A DNA stretch of 64,000 nucleotides from Candidatus Blackburnbacteria bacterium (GCA_016183565.1 JACPEJ010000004.1:41178-105177), one strand, 5' to 3'. Positions 1 through 10,700 are shown, counted from the stretch's first letter. Notes: a model not told the origin generated them from the sequence alone. A program made the numbers and translations.

Positions 1-157
1 TAGCAGGACATAAACGTTTATCAACAACTGAACGCTACTTGGAATTTATAGAAAGAAAATCAGCAGGCCGAAGTACCAGGCTTGCGGAGCTGTAAATCCC
101 CTTTTTGCCTTTCTGAGGCAAAAAGCCTACAATCCAAACCAATGGCAAGGTTTAAGC

Positions 158-1279
158 ATGACAGTTGAACAGCGAGGGAGTCTGTTTTACCTAGATACAA
201 AAGGTGGGTTAGCGCTTCTAGATGAAGATCCTGAACAATTAGACCTTGCACTTCCTAACCCCGATATACATCCAACTAATGGTGAAAAAAGGCCTTCCGA
301 TACCTTCAATCAATATCTCCGTGAGATAAGCAAAACCCCACTTTTGACTGCCCAAGAAGAGGTTAAACTTGCTCTTCAAATAGAAACTGCCAAAACATAT
401 TTGGTAAAAAACATGCCCTCACTTCCATCAGACATTCCTCTTGGTCAAGCTCTGCTTAGAAAGGTAGCAGAAGAAAAACCCTCTTTGCTACCCATAGTTC
501 AAGCTGGAGTAGAAGCAAGAGAGCACATGATTAAAGCAAATTTAAGACTAGTCGTTTCTATTGCCAAAAGAAAAGTGGGCAAGGGTCTTCCTCTTGTTGA
601 CCTTGTGCAAGAGGGAAATTTAGGTCTTTTTAAAGCGATAGAAAAGTTTGATCCAAGAATAGGTTACAAGTTTTCCACGTATGCCACATGGTGGATAAGA
701 CAAGCAATTACAAGAGCATTCAGTGACCAAAGTCGTAATATTCGCTTACCTGTCCATATTGGAGAAGAAAAAGGTCGCTTAGTTAATGCAACACTAGCCC
801 TTACTCAAGAATTAGGTGAAACACCAACACATGCGCAAATTGCTAACAGATTAAATAAGCATCTTCGCAAAGGCAAACGTCCCTATACTGCCGAAAGTGT
901 TTCCTTTTTGTTCCAAGCCCTTAAACTCGAACCTATTCCGATGTCGTGGGGAATTAAAGGTGATAAAAAGGAAGATGATATGGAACTGGGAGATGTGATC
1001 CCAGATGAACATGTTGATGTTGAAAAAGAAGCCTCTCACACCTTTCTTAGGGATGACCTTTTGAAACAATTAGCTCACCTTTCTCCAAGAGAGCAAACTA
1101 TAATGAAACTTCGTCATGGTTTGATGTGGGATGGAGAGATTCGACCTCCTCTTACTTTAGAAGAAATTGGGAAATTAATAGATTTAACGCGTGAGCGTGT
1201 GCGACAAATTGAAGACGAGGCGTTGACAAAATTGAGAAAACTACCTACGATTTGGCATCTGAGGGAATATCTGGAGTAA
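158..1279 (+). CDS. rpoD: RNA polymerase sigma-70 family factor (primary-like, RpoD/SigA)
   Basis: 373-aa ORF; sigma-70 region 2 ([40 protein letters not shown]) and region 4 HTH ([29 protein letters not shown]). Confidence 0.8.
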   Translation: MTVEQRGSLFYLDTKGGLALLDEDPEQLDLALPNPDIHPTNGEKRPSDTFNQYLREISKTPLLTAQEEVKLALQIETAKTYLVKNMPSLPSDIPLGQALLRKVAEEKPSLLPIVQAGVEAREHMIKANLRLVVSIAKRKVGKGLPLVDLVQEGNLGLFKAIEKFDPRIGYKFSTYATWWIRQAITRAFSDQSRNIRLPVHIGEEKGRLVNATLALTQELGETPTHAQIANRLNKHLRKGKRPYTAESVSFLFQALKLEPIPMSWGIKGDKKEDDMELGDVIPDEHVDVEKEASHTFLRDDLLKQLAHLSPREQTIMKLRHGLMWDGEIRPPLTLEEIGKLIDLTRERVRQIEDEALTKLRKLPTIWHLREYLE

Positions 1280-1399
1280 GATTAGTGAAGTTTTCTTTTG
1301 GTTCGCCGTTTGATACTGCACCTGGAATTTTATCCCAATCTCTAACTTTTCTTATCTTCAAGTTCTTTGCTGCATTTGCGTCCGTCAAAAATTTGGGGT

Positions 1400-2050
1400 T
1401 CATGGCAAAGTGGATACCTTCCTGAATTTTTTTAAAAGTTCCACTACTTTCTTGTCTGTCACTTGTTGGAAATCTTCGTACCAGCTACCAACAGAGGTAA
1501 ATTCAACAGAAGTTAGAAGAGAAACCAGATTGTTAACCTGCTGTTTTAAGTTGCCAGCAGTGTCTGCAGCACAAACCGGAAATGCAGCTACGATGCAACG
1601 AGGGTTCATCTTTCGAATTGCTTTTATTGCAGCTCTTGCTGTAACTCCGGTTGCCAATCCGTCGTCAACAAGAATAGCTGTATGGCCGGATAGTTTGGGT
1701 AATGGTTTGCCTTTTCGGTATAGCTGGACACGTCTTGCAAGCTCTTTCCTTTCTTTCTCTATTGCCTTTTCTATAGCTTCTTTTGAAACGTCAAGCTGTT
1801 TGATAGTGTGTATATCTAAAACAACTACGTCACCTTCGCTTATTGCGCCTATGCCAAATTCAGGATTGCCAGGCATGCCTATTTTCCGCGCAACAATCAC
1901 TGAAAAGGGAACGTGCAAAACTTTTGCAATCTCAAATCCTACTGGAACTCCACCTCTTGGTAACGCGAGAACAATTGTATTTTTGTTTTTGTACTTTCCA
2001 AGTTTTCGCGCAAGAAGTCGGCCAGCCGTACTTCTATTCTTAAACCTCAT
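1400..2050 (-). CDS. phosphoribosyltransferase-domain protein
   Basis: PRTase signature (TIVLALPRGGVPVGFEIA ... AILVDDGLATGVTARAAIKAI); start placed at internal Met MRFKNR. Confidence 0.65.
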   Translation of the reverse strand: MRFKNRSTAGRLLARKLGKYKNKNTIVLALPRGGVPVGFEIAKVLHVPFSVIVARKIGMPGNPEFGIGAISEGDVVVLDIHTIKQLDVSKEAIEKAIEKERKELARRVQLYRKGKPLPKLSGHTAILVDDGLATGVTARAAIKAIRKMNPRCIVAAFPVCAADTAGNLKQQVNNLVSLLTSVEFTSVGSWYEDFQQVTDKKVVELLKKFRKVSTLP

Positions 2051-2954
2051 GCTCCAAATTGTACAACTCATTGTTAAGCCTGATACCAAAAAGCTTTTTT
2101 AAAATCCCAAAGCTAAGACTGGTGAAGCTATAAACTTCTAACCCGAAAGTGAGGTATCCTATATATCCTAGGATGGGCATTTCGAAAATTTTAAAAAATC
2201 CAAGGTAAGGAACCGAGTAAGTCCACTTTGGTAGGGAGTAAAAGTTCCAAAGTTCCCACCAGAATCCTGTAAACAAAGAGGCTGCTGCAACGGAAATGGG
2301 TATGGTCCATTTACCTTGTCGGATTAAGTTTAAAAATGAAGGTAGACCCAAACTGTAATTTAAGGGATCAACTAGAAGAAAAAGTGTTACCCAAACAAGG
2401 GGATAGCTTAAATTCGGCACAAAGAAAATTAGTAACAATGCTATGATTCCTAGTGTAAAAAGGAAAAATGGATTAATTTTTATCTTTTTACCTGTAATGG
2501 GTCTGATCCTTCTCAAAATTCCGTAGACCAAAAAAGAAACTGAGAGTATTGCTGGAACTACTGTTGAAAAACTTATTGAGGCCCGTAAAAAATATTCCGT
2601 AGGCTTAAAAAGTTCGGGGCCTATATATCTCCAATTCTGAGTATGTAAGTTTAGTAGCTCGAAAAACCACCAAAAAGGTATGGAGACTAAAAATAGAAAT
2701 AGAAAATTTGAATTCATTCTGGAGAGAAGCGAGTCGTGGAGCAATAACCCGGAAAAACCGTTTATGGTTATGATAAGTCCTAACCAAAGAGGGAAGAATG
2801 TGTATTCATAGAGACTAGCAAACCTTCCCCATGCAAAGATCCAAGAGAGAATAGTTAGTACTACACCAGAGATAAATAACTTAAAGTACAAGTCGTCGTT
2901 GCTTTTTCTAACGTCATCTTTCACTTTCTGCTTTTGTATATTATAGATAAGCAT
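2040..2954 (-). CDS. polytopic integral membrane protein, function unknown
   Basis: 304-aa ORF with about 8 hydrophobic helices; no recognisable catalytic motif. Confidence 0.45.
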   Translation of the reverse strand: MLIYNIQKQKVKDDVRKSNDDLYFKLFISGVVLTILSWIFAWGRFASLYEYTFFPLWLGLIITINGFSGLLLHDSLLSRMNSNFLFLFLVSIPFWWFFELLNLHTQNWRYIGPELFKPTEYFLRASISFSTVVPAILSVSFLVYGILRRIRPITGKKIKINPFFLFTLGIIALLLIFFVPNLSYPLVWVTLFLLVDPLNYSLGLPSFLNLIRQGKWTIPISVAAASLFTGFWWELWNFYSLPKWTYSVPYLGFFKIFEMPILGYIGYLTFGLEVYSFTSLSFGILKKLFGIRLNNELYNLEHEV

Positions 2955-3089
2955 GATGTAGCAATTGCAATGATTATTTAGAATGGTGTAAGAACCTTGT
3001 AATAATTTATCAGAACCTTACAGACAATTCACACTACTTTTTTAAATTTACCAATATGGCAAAAATCGCAACAGGATTGATGGGTTTAA

Positions 3090-3501
3090 GGAGAACAGGC
3101 TTCACCAGCTTTAGATATTCCTGGGGTTTCTGTTGTGGCACAAAACCTTGAGGTTCCGTGGGCGATTGCGTTTCTTCCTGATAGAAGTATACTGGTCACA
3201 GAACGTCCGGGTCGGGTAAGGATAATTGATAAAGATGGCAATCTTATATTTTCGTTTTGATTCGGATTTAGCAAAGGTAGAGAGAATTAACGAGCATTTT
3301 AAAAAAGAATTCGGTAGGATAAGAGATGTTGTGGTTGGTCCAGACAATATGCTTTATATGACGACAAGCAATAGAGATGGTAGAGGAAATCGTCTCGCGA
3401 ATGATGATACAATAATCTGTGATGATCAAATACAGGTTCTATTTCAAAGAGATGATGGAGCAAAACAAAGAGCTTTTTTCCGCGTTTCAAGAGATTCATG
3501 A
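3090..3501 (+). pseudogene. remnant of PQQ-dependent soluble sugar (glucose/sorbosone) dehydrogenase, YliI family
   Basis: N-terminal fragment (ASPALDIPGVSVVAQNLEVPWAIAFLPDRSILVTERPGRVRIIDKDG) ends at a stop near 3257; a C-terminal-like fragment follows in another frame (VVVGPDNMLYMTTSNRDGRGN...DDTIICDDQIQ). The roughly 250-aa central beta-propeller part is missing. Confidence 0.5.
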
Positions 3502-3754
3502 CAAATATGTAAAAGATCCTAAAAAATGGCAGGATGAGTTTAACAAGCAAGGAAGAAAGGTTTTAGAGATTATTCGCAAGTTTGAGAACAGACTTTGCTC
3601 GCGCACAGAAAGTGGTATGTATGGCAAATACTCGGCAAGTCTCTCGGAAAAGTTCCGAGCTGAGGTAAGAAGGCGGTTTCCTAAAATTGATTTTGTGGGA
3701 GTTAAAATCTCTGATCCTTTTGCGGAAAAACTGAAGCAGATACAACTTGATTAA
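3455..3754 (+). CDS. hypothetical protein
   Basis: ORF with no recognisable motif; start chosen at MMEQNKELF because the upstream part overlaps the dehydrogenase remnant. Confidence 0.3.
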   Translation: MEQNKELFSAFQEIHDKYVKDPKKWQDEFNKQGRKVLEIIRKFENRLCSRTESGMYGKYSASLSEKFRAEVRRRFPKIDFVGVKISDPFAEKLKQIQLD

Positions 3755-3799
3755 GTATAAGCCTGATAAATTTACACTGTATGATGTTGTGGTTATCTA

Positions 3800-3823
3800 A
3801 TATCATGATTCGAATCATGATAT
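3800..3823. repeat. 24-bp perfect palindrome atatcatgattcgaatcatgatat between convergent genes
   Basis: read directly; the sequence equals its reverse complement; no flanking U-tract. Confidence 0.6.
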
Positions 3824-3857
3824 CAAGAGAACAGCGCTTGGCCATAGTACTCATATA

Positions 3858-4088
3858 TTATCTATTATCGTCCAGATTCACGGTGTATCCAAGTGACTCT
3901 ATAATTTTTTTTATATCTTTTTCTTCTACCTTGGTTTCGTCGAACTCTACCTCACATTCTGCTTTTGCATAATTTGTAGAGGCGCATTTAACTCCTTCCG
4001 TGTTCTCCAATTCACCATCAATTAGTATTGCACATGCAGTGCAGTTTAACCCATCAACTTTGAATCTTTTCTTAACAATAGTTGTCAT
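3858..4088 (-). CDS. heavy-metal-associated (HMA) domain protein, CopZ-like
   Basis: GLNCTAC metal-binding loop in a ferredoxin-like fold of about 76 aa; the ATG overlaps the upstream stop as ATGA (translational coupling). Confidence 0.6.
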   Translation of the reverse strand: MTTIVKKRFKVDGLNCTACAILIDGELENTEGVKCASTNYAKAECEVEFDETKVEEKDIKKIIESLGYTVNLDDNR

Positions 4089-5125
4089 ATGACCTCTATT
4101 ATCCCACCATACATTCCCATAGAACAAGTGAAGGAATACTTCCCTCGTTTTTCAGGGAGGAATTCTACAGAATCAGTGCTGTTATTATTTAAAAGTTTTG
4201 TAATGCCAAACTGGGGTATTGTAAATGCCCTGGTACAACCAAGTTTGCTGTTTGTTTTCAAATTTAGTTTTACTGGTACTCCAGCTTTTACCCGAATATA
4301 CTCAGGGTCGTAGCTTGTGGGGTTAACTGAAATATCAACCACCTGAACACCATTGATCAGCTGTACATTAGAATTTGCAGCCAATACACTGCCACCTGCC
4401 GGATTTATAGCAGTTGCCAGAATATCCTTGGCACTTGATGTTAGCATTTGAGCTGTAAATGGTAAGCCAGCAATATTTAAGGCACCGTTTATGCTAGTTA
4501 GACCCATATATAAAACTCCAAAAGCTGCTATTTTCAAAAAGTTTTTTTTGAACAACCCATTTAAGGAGGATGTGATAAATCCAAATCCTGTAAAAAGTGG
4601 CATTGTGCCCAGGATAAACACACTCATTACAAGAGCACCTTTTACTGCGCTGCCTGTTGAGATTGCCAAAGCTTCCATGGCAAGAGTTGTTCCACAAGGA
4701 ATAAATAGAGTCATTGCTCCTAATAAGGCTGGAGCAAAGAGTTTTTCGCTTTTTGATTGGTTCCGAACAAGTTTGCCCAAAAACTTTGGTGGCTGGATCA
4801 CGGTATATCTAAAAATGGGGTGTACATTAAGAAGATTAAGTGCTACGGCAATCATGTACAAACCAGCAAGTGCCTGCATTATGATTCTTGTGCTTTGTGA
4901 TAAAGATAGTTTTTCGCCAAAAAGTCCGAGAATAAATCCAAGTATTGTATAAACGACTAGTTTAGATAGCAGGAAACTTAAGGTAGGCCAAATGGTGGTT
5001 CCCAATCGCGAAACTTTGTCGGATTTTCCGGTAGCTATAACGGATGCAAGGAGTCCTCCTTGCACAGCCATACAAGATAGACTTCCGACTGTTAAACCGG
5101 TTAGGAAAACTACAAATAAACTCAC
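4085..5125 (-). CDS. integral membrane permease fused to a C-terminal cupredoxin-like domain (putative copper handling)
   Basis: N-terminal multi-helix domain ([24 protein letters not shown]...); C-terminal beta domain with type-1 copper-like ligands (CTRAF...CSMGMYGG). Confidence 0.55.
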   Translation of the reverse strand: MSLFVVFLTGLTVGSLSCMAVQGGLLASVIATGKSDKVSRLGTTIWPTLSFLLSKLVVYTILGFILGLFGEKLSLSQSTRIIMQALAGLYMIAVALNLLNVHPIFRYTVIQPPKFLGKLVRNQSKSEKLFAPALLGAMTLFIPCGTTLAMEALAISTGSAVKGALVMSVFILGTMPLFTGFGFITSSLNGLFKKNFLKIAAFGVLYMGLTSINGALNIAGLPFTAQMLTSSAKDILATAINPAGGSVLAANSNVQLINGVQVVDISVNPTSYDPEYIRVKAGVPVKLNLKTNSKLGCTRAFTIPQFGITKLLNNNSTDSVEFLPEKRGKYSFTCSMGMYGGIIEVI

Positions 5126-7386
5126 GAGATTTTAGCTTTTTTCAGAAGCAAAGAATTCGCCACCACAGATGTTGACGAAAAGGCCATTGCTACTGAGGCA
5201 AGAATTGGGCTTAATAAAATTCTAAAAATTGGGTAAAGAGCCCCCATGGCAACAGGTATGAGTATAACATTATACCCGAAAGCCCAAAAAAGATTAGATT
5301 TAATTGTTTTCATTGTTTTTTTAGAAAGCTTTATTGCTCCTACTACTGATCTTAAATCTTTATTAATAAGTGTAATATCTGCAGCCTCTATGGCAACATC
5401 TGTGCCAGTTCCCATTGCGATGCCAACATCAGCAGCAGCTAATGCTGGTGCATCGTTAATACCATCCCCTACCATCGCAACAACCTTTCCTTCAGATTGT
5501 ATCTTTCTTACTTCAGCTTCTTTTTGATCCGGTAATACTTCCGCTAGGACTCTTTTTATTCCAACTTCTTTTGCAATAGCCGTGGCAGTTCTTTTATTAT
5601 CTCCCGTAATCATAGCAACCTCGATATCTAATTTTTCAAGGGCTTTAACTCCTTCTTTTGCAGAATCTTTCAGTGTGTCAGCAACTGCTATCAATCCTAC
5701 AACTTTTCCTTTAAGTGCTAGGATCATAACAGTCTTTCCTTCACTTTCCAGCCTTGCAAGGGGACGCCTTGCAGGGCTAGTGTCGACTTTTTCTTTCTCC
5801 ATTAACCGGGTGTTCCCCAGTAGCACGCAATCCCCATGTACTTTGCCTTCTACGCCGTGCCCAGGTATGGCCCTAAACCCTTCGACTTTACTCAGAACAA
5901 GATTCTCTTCCTCAGCTTTAGTAACAATTGCTTCGGCAAGGGAATGTTCGGAGCCTTTTTCGATAGATGCTGCTAACTGTAGGATAGTTTGTAGGTTGTA
6001 GGTTGTAGGTTGTAGGGGCATTACATCTGTCACCTTCGGCTTTCCTTGTGTCAAAGTTCCGGTTTTGTCAAAAATAATTGTCTTAACTTTATGGGCTGTT
6101 TCTAAACTTTCCGCGTCTTTTATTAAAATTCCCTGTTCAGCACCTTTTCCAGTGCCAACCATAATAGCAGTAGGAGTCGCAAGACCCATTGCACAAGGAC
6201 AGGCGATAATAAGAACCGCAACTGTGTTCAGAAGTGCAAATAAAAGTGCAGGTTGAGGGCCAAAGTCATACCAAAGCACAAACGTGGTAGTTGCGAGTAT
6301 TATCACTACTGGTACAAAGTAGGAAGAAATAAGGTCAACTAGTTTTTGAATAGGAGCTTTGCTTGCTTGAGCTTCTTCAACAAGTCTTATGATTTGCGAA
6401 AGCATGGTTTCCATCCCCACTTTAGTGGCTTTATATGTAAATGTTCCGGTTTTATTTATAGTTCCTCCGATAACTGTATCCCCTTTTAACTTGTCGACAG
6501 GAATACTTTCCCCTGTAACCATTGATTCATCAATTGAGGACTCGCCATCTAAGATTGTTCCATCAACTGGTATTTTTTCGCCCGGTCTTACCCGAATAAT
6601 ATCACCAAGCTCAACTTCTCCTATTGGTACATCGACCTCAACTTTTCCCCTAAGAACTTTTGCTGTTTTGGCTTGGAGACCAATGAGTTTTCTTATTGCC
6701 TCTGAAGTGCCAGCGCGGGCTTTTGCTTCAAAATATCTACCTAAAAGAATTAGGGCGATAATTATGACCGGAACATCAAAATATGGCATAGGCTTAATTC
6801 CCAGTGCTTCGACTGTTTCGGGGAAAATAGTCACGAATACTGAGTAGCTGTAGGCCATTGTAGTACCAAGGCTCACTAGGGTGTCCATGTTTGCTGTGCG
6901 ATGTTTAAGAGCGGGGATTGCGGCTTTATAAAATTCCAGTCCAACCCAAAATTGGACTATTGAGGCAAGAACTAGTTGCACTAAAAAGTTTTTTAACACA
7001 GAGGGTGCAAAATCCATCAAAAATGGGAAGCTACCCCATAGAATCAAAACACCAGTAGCCAAAGCGAAAGCAACTTTTTTTCTAAGATTATCAAGCTCTT
7101 TCTTTTTTTGTTCTTTTTCTATTTCTGTGTCTTTTGCTGTTTTTTCCAAGAGCGCTTTGTACCCAACTTGAGAAACAGTAGTAATTATTTGCTCATCCGT
7201 GACTTTTTTGGGATCATAAGAAATATTCGCTTTTTCTGTTGCAAAATTTACCTGTGCTTCCCTCACCCCTTCTACTTTTTCCAAAGCACGTTCAATAACT
7301 CTTACGCAAGAAGCACAGTGCATACCTTTAATGAGAAAGGTTGTAGTGAGTAGGTTGTAGTTTTTAGGTTGTAGGTTGTAGGTCAT
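5122..7386 (-). CDS. copA: copper-translocating P1B-type ATPase
   Basis: N-terminal HMA GMHCASC; CPC motif ([19 protein letters not shown]); DKTGTLT phosphorylation site; [10 protein letters not shown] hinge. Confidence 0.9.
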   Translation of the reverse strand: MTYNLQPKNYNLLTTTFLIKGMHCASCVRVIERALEKVEGVREAQVNFATEKANISYDPKKVTDEQIITTVSQVGYKALLEKTAKDTEIEKEQKKKELDNLRKKVAFALATGVLILWGSFPFLMDFAPSVLKNFLVQLVLASIVQFWVGLEFYKAAIPALKHRTANMDTLVSLGTTMAYSYSVFVTIFPETVEALGIKPMPYFDVPVIIIALILLGRYFEAKARAGTSEAIRKLIGLQAKTAKVLRGKVEVDVPIGEVELGDIIRVRPGEKIPVDGTILDGESSIDESMVTGESIPVDKLKGDTVIGGTINKTGTFTYKATKVGMETMLSQIIRLVEEAQASKAPIQKLVDLISSYFVPVVIILATTTFVLWYDFGPQPALLFALLNTVAVLIIACPCAMGLATPTAIMVGTGKGAEQGILIKDAESLETAHKVKTIIFDKTGTLTQGKPKVTDVMPLQPTTYNLQTILQLAASIEKGSEHSLAEAIVTKAEEENLVLSKVEGFRAIPGHGVEGKVHGDCVLLGNTRLMEKEKVDTSPARRPLARLESEGKTVMILALKGKVVGLIAVADTLKDSAKEGVKALEKLDIEVAMITGDNKRTATAIAKEVGIKRVLAEVLPDQKEAEVRKIQSEGKVVAMVGDGINDAPALAAADVGIAMGTGTDVAIEAADITLINKDLRSVVGAIKLSKKTMKTIKSNLFWAFGYNVILIPVAMGALYPIFRILLSPILASVAMAFSSTSVVANSLLLKKAKIS
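5750..5780. repeat. palindromic (ccttgcaagg)x2 element, copy inside copA
   Basis: agccttgcaaggggacgccttgcagggctag; encodes the in-frame insert LARLESEG in CopA. Confidence 0.7.
5989..6017. repeat. tandem heptamer repeat (ggttgta)x4 inside copA
   Basis: tgtaggttgtaggttgtaggttgtagg; translated in-frame as [13 protein letters not shown] in CopA. Confidence 0.7.
7339..7360. repeat. left 22-bp inverted repeat flanking the IVS-protein cassette
   Basis: ggttgtagtgagtaggttgtag; perfect reverse complement of 7752..7773. Confidence 0.75.
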
Positions 7387-7736
7387 TTCTGTAACACATT
7401 GATTAATTTATTAAGCATCTTCATTATTTCTTGAAGTAAATTATTTACACTATCGAATTCTACCTGACTGATGTAACCAATTTTCAATGCTATGAATAAC
7501 TGTGTTTCTAGCTCAGCACCAGAGCCAAACGATATCCTAAGAAATTGGATGTACTCTGCTTTATGTCCCCGTCTCTGACCCTCCGCAATATTCGAAGGAA
7601 TAGCAACAGTGCATCTTCTTATTTGAGAAATTAATCCATACAACTCATTCTTAGGAAAACTCTCTGTAATTCTATATGCAATAATGCATAGATCAATCGA
7701 TTTTTGCCATACTGTTAAATCTTTATAAGAATTCAT
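7383..7736 (-). CDS. four-helix-bundle protein (23S rRNA intervening-sequence protein family)
   Basis: 117 aa; family pattern [50 protein letters not shown]...[16 protein letters not shown]. Confidence 0.8.
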   Translation of the reverse strand: MNSYKDLTVWQKSIDLCIIAYRITESFPKNELYGLISQIRRCTVAIPSNIAEGQRRGHKAEYIQFLRISFGSGAELETQLFIALKIGYISQVEFDSVNNLLQEIMKMLNKLINVLQK

Positions 7737-7751
7737 CCTCTCGCTCTTAAG

Positions 7752-7773
7752 CTACAACCTACTCACTACAACC
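7752..7773. repeat. right 22-bp inverted repeat flanking the IVS-protein cassette
   Basis: ctacaacctactcactacaacc. Confidence 0.75.
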
Positions 7774-7775
7774 TA

Positions 7776-8138
7776 CTACCTAACAACTATCTTCCCATGA
7801 TACATGTTCATCCCACAAGAATAGCCGAAAGTCCCGGGGTTTTGGGGAGTAATTTCAACTGTCACTGGTGTGTTTAGCGGCAGCTCTTTTCTGATTTTAA
7901 AATCCCCAAGAACAACTTCTGACAAACAACTACTCGGGTCTTTTCGGATAAAAGTTATTTTGGTTGTTTTGCCTTTGGGTATAACAACTGCTTCCGGCGA
8001 GTAACCTCCTTCAACAGTGATTTCAACGTTATCACTTGAAGCCACAACTTCTCTTTCTTTTTTACCCAAGAAAAACCAGTAGGTAAATGCAATTCCTAAT
8101 ATACCGAGGATGGTTACTATTACTTTGTCTGTTTCCAT
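7776..8138 (-). CDS. membrane-anchored cupredoxin-domain protein
   Basis: N-terminal transmembrane helix, then a beta domain ending ...GTFGYSCGMNMYHGKIVV (Cys/His/Met copper-ligand pattern). Confidence 0.55.
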   Translation of the reverse strand: METDKVIVTILGILGIAFTYWFFLGKKEREVVASSDNVEITVEGGYSPEAVVIPKGKTTKITFIRKDPSSCLSEVVLGDFKIRKELPLNTPVTVEITPQNPGTFGYSCGMNMYHGKIVVR

Positions 8139-8139
8139 A

Positions 8140-8976
8140 CTAGATTCTTCGAAAAATCTTGTAGAGCAAAAAGCCAATGGCTCCTATAAAAAGTATATCA
8201 AAAATAACGTTACCTCCAACGACAGAGTTTACAAGCTCGCCTGCTTTTTGGATATTTTTTGTAACTATGTCTGATTTGCCCATAGAAAGTCGTCCTGTAA
8301 TAACTAAAAACAAAGTTAATATTCCTGTTGCAAAGAAGATTCCAGATGCTATTAAGTTCCCTAACATTAAAGGGTATTCCTTACCAGAAATTTTAAGTGT
8401 CCTCAGGGGTTTTCTAAAAAGAGAGAGGCCGGGCATTTTATAGGAAAGAAAAAGAGAGATAAACAAAAGGGGGGAAACCATTCCTAAGACATATACAGCA
8501 CCCACTGCAATTGCCCACCAGAAGTTAGGCGAAAGAACAGTGAACGCCAAAACTCCGATTAAAACAGGTGCGCAACAAGCGCTTGTTATTCCTGAAAAAA
8601 TCCCAAGAGTAAAAACAGACAAAATATCTGTTTTCCCTTCTACTTTATTGCTCAAGTGCGGCATCGGTAATTTCAAGCCAAAAAAGGAAATAATTGCAAC
8701 GGCAAGCATTATTACTCCACCTAATATGTATATAAATTCATGGTAAGCAAAAAGAACTTTTGAGATAAAAGCAATGCCCAAGACCGCCGGGAGAAGGACG
8801 ATAAAGATACCCAACCCGAAAACGAGAGTCATTAAAAGAACTTTCTCTCGCTGCCTAAAAACACTTCCTAAGTAAGCTGGTAGAAGAAAAGTAATACAAC
8901 AGGGAGCAAAAAGGGCAACAAGCCCTGCGACAAATGCGGCAACTAAAGATGTCTGGAAAAGGAGGCTTTCTGTCAT
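8140..8976 (-). CDS. DsbD/CcdA-like (cytochrome c biogenesis-type) transmembrane protein
   Basis: polytopic membrane protein with a paired-Cys motif in the first helix (LFAPCCITFLLPAYLGSVF). Confidence 0.5.
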   Translation of the reverse strand: MTESLLFQTSLVAAFVAGLVALFAPCCITFLLPAYLGSVFRQREKVLLMTLVFGLGIFIVLLPAVLGIAFISKVLFAYHEFIYILGGVIMLAVAIISFFGLKLPMPHLSNKVEGKTDILSVFTLGIFSGITSACCAPVLIGVLAFTVLSPNFWWAIAVGAVYVLGMVSPLLFISLFLSYKMPGLSLFRKPLRTLKISGKEYPLMLGNLIASGIFFATGILTLFLVITGRLSMGKSDIVTKNIQKAGELVNSVVGGNVIFDILFIGAIGFLLYKIFRRI

Positions 8977-9926
8977 GCTCCGCACCCACCACCTGACTGC
9001 TTAAGTAGTGGCCATTCTATGGTGCCAACTTGATTTTTTATTGCGCTGTAACCCATTGCGGAAGAAAAAGTCTTGGAAAGGATTTCTTGGGCAGATACTT
9101 TTGTGTAATCCTTTCCATTTTTAGCAAAGTGATAAGAAATATCAAGGTAGGTTTTCGGGAACCAGTAAGCATTAAAGGCTAGGATTGTTTTATAGATATC
9201 TTCTTTGGAAAATCCTTGCGAGACCATGAGTTCTACTAAGCCTAAGGCTGCCATACCATGGTTACAGTCGGGAAATGCCGTGGAGTTTCCACAACAAGGA
9301 CGATAAATATTTCCTGCGATTTCTTGTACAATGCTTTCTTGTTCTGGGGTTAGGTTTGTATAAGAGAACTTGCTATAAACTTGCATGGGTTGTTTGCGGC
9401 CGAGTGTCCACCCGCCAGTTGAGGCAAAATTAGCAGCTTTTCCTCCTTCTACCATTGGTCCTTTGTCCAAAATCACACTTTTGTTTGCAAGTCCTAAACC
9501 CCATAAAACATCTACCCAAAAGTGGGCATTAGCTTGGGTAAGTTCTATTTGTTGCGGGTCAGAACTGTCGAAATATTTTTTAAACTCCGGGGGGAGTTGG
9601 TCTTGTCCCGAGACTGCTTGAGCAAGTTTTTTCTCGTCAATAACTCCGTCTTGAATCATACGTTGGCCCAAGTCTCCCCATTTAATCTTGAAAGTATAAC
9701 CTGAGGCAGATAAGACTTTTTCCTGGAGTTTGGTCAGATCGATGTCACTTTTGGGAGAGTTTGCGACAGTTGTTCCTCTTTTACCAACAACTTTTTGGTC
9801 TACAAAAACACCAGCCACAAAAGAAGCCATGGCAATATTAAAACAGAGAAGGATCAAGAAGCCGTGCTTTTTAACAAACTTTAATACCTTCTTAGTCTTA
9901 GACTTAGACTTGGACTGATATTTCAT
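8973..9926 (-). CDS. hypothetical secreted or membrane-anchored Cys-rich protein
   Basis: N-terminal hydrophobic anchor; CCGNSTAFPDCNHGM and C-terminal GGGCGA; lies in the copper locus. Confidence 0.45.
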   Translation of the reverse strand: MKYQSKSKSKTKKVLKFVKKHGFLILLCFNIAMASFVAGVFVDQKVVGKRGTTVANSPKSDIDLTKLQEKVLSASGYTFKIKWGDLGQRMIQDGVIDEKKLAQAVSGQDQLPPEFKKYFDSSDPQQIELTQANAHFWVDVLWGLGLANKSVILDKGPMVEGGKAANFASTGGWTLGRKQPMQVYSKFSYTNLTPEQESIVQEIAGNIYRPCCGNSTAFPDCNHGMAALGLVELMVSQGFSKEDIYKTILAFNAYWFPKTYLDISYHFAKNGKDYTKVSAQEILSKTFSSAMGYSAIKNQVGTIEWPLLKQSGGGCGA

Positions 9927-10426
9927 TTTACAACTGTTCCATCAAAAGCAAATTCAACATATGGTTGGTTCGGATCGCTAGTTTCGAAACTGACAACTCT
10001 TGAGATCGGGCCAACTCCTTGCGGACCGTGTGCTGTTGGGTCGAAAATTACTACTACTTCTCCACTTTCGCCGGGGGTTAAAGATCCTTTCCAAGATGAG
10101 GGTTGGGACATTCCCTTCATTCCGAATTCAGGGCTTTTGCCTCCTGTGCCCTGAAACAGTACTTTTGTACACATACAAGAAGTTGAGAAATTTGCAAGTG
10201 TTAAAGGACCATAACCAGTATTTTTGACTTTAAACACATGTTGAGCATTCCCGCCGGAGTAAGGTATGTCGCCAAATGAGAATTTTGTTTCGGTAAACTC
10301 AATCTTGGCATCAGAATTTTTGGCCATCCGGGCCCGAGAGGGTAAAAATTTAAATAAAGCTACTGCCAAGATGAATATAAGAACTGTAAAAATTCCTATT
10401 CCTATAAAAAGTTTTTTGTCTTCCAT
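9923..10426 (-). CDS. DUF1573-like secreted beta-sandwich protein
   Basis: FSFGDIPYSGGNAQHVFKVKNTGYGPLTL...SCMC pattern typical of DUF1573; start at MEDKKLF avoids overlap with csoR. Confidence 0.55.
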   Translation of the reverse strand: MEDKKLFIGIGIFTVLIFILAVALFKFLPSRARMAKNSDAKIEFTETKFSFGDIPYSGGNAQHVFKVKNTGYGPLTLANFSTSCMCTKVLFQGTGGKSPEFGMKGMSQPSSWKGSLTPGESGEVVVIFDPTAHGPQGVGPISRVVSFETSDPNQPYVEFAFDGTVVK

Positions 10427-10430
10427 GTTG

Positions 10431-10700
10431 TTAGCGACTAAGTTTAAAAATATTGACAATTTCTTCTATTGCTTTTTTGTCTTCGCCGCTTTTTATATTA
10501 TCAACAGTACAGCTTTTAAGATGATTTTCTAAAAGCAAATTGTCAACTTCTTTAAGTGCTTTTTGTATTGCTTGGGATTGGTGGATGATGTCAACACAGT
10601 ACTTGTCTTCTTGTACCATTTGTACAACTTTTTTTAGATGGCCCATGGAAATTTTTAGTCTGTGCACTATTCGCTCTTGTGTGTCTTTTGGTCTGTACAT
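10431..10700 (-). CDS. csoR: CsoR/RcnR-family metal-sensing transcriptional repressor
   Basis: about 90 aa; RLKISMGHLKKVVQMVQEDKYCVDIIHQSQAIQKALKEVDNLLLENHLKSC, with the conserved Cys/His ligand positions. Confidence 0.75.
   Translation of the reverse strand: MYRPKDTQERIVHRLKISMGHLKKVVQMVQEDKYCVDIIHQSQAIQKALKEVDNLLLENHLKSCTVDNIKSGEDKKAIEEIVNIFKLSR

Noticed and set aside
1410-2102. 230-aa plus-strand ORF antisense to the phosphoribosyltransferase gene, and many similar antisense or overlapping ORFs (e.g. 4491..4952, 5246..5527, 5582..6001, 6389..6847, 16626..17069, 23686..24420, 45781..46176, 47391..47750)
   Set aside because: Each lies fully inside, and antisense to, a strongly supported gene with recognisable motifs, and has no motifs of its own. 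Treated as shadow ORFs.
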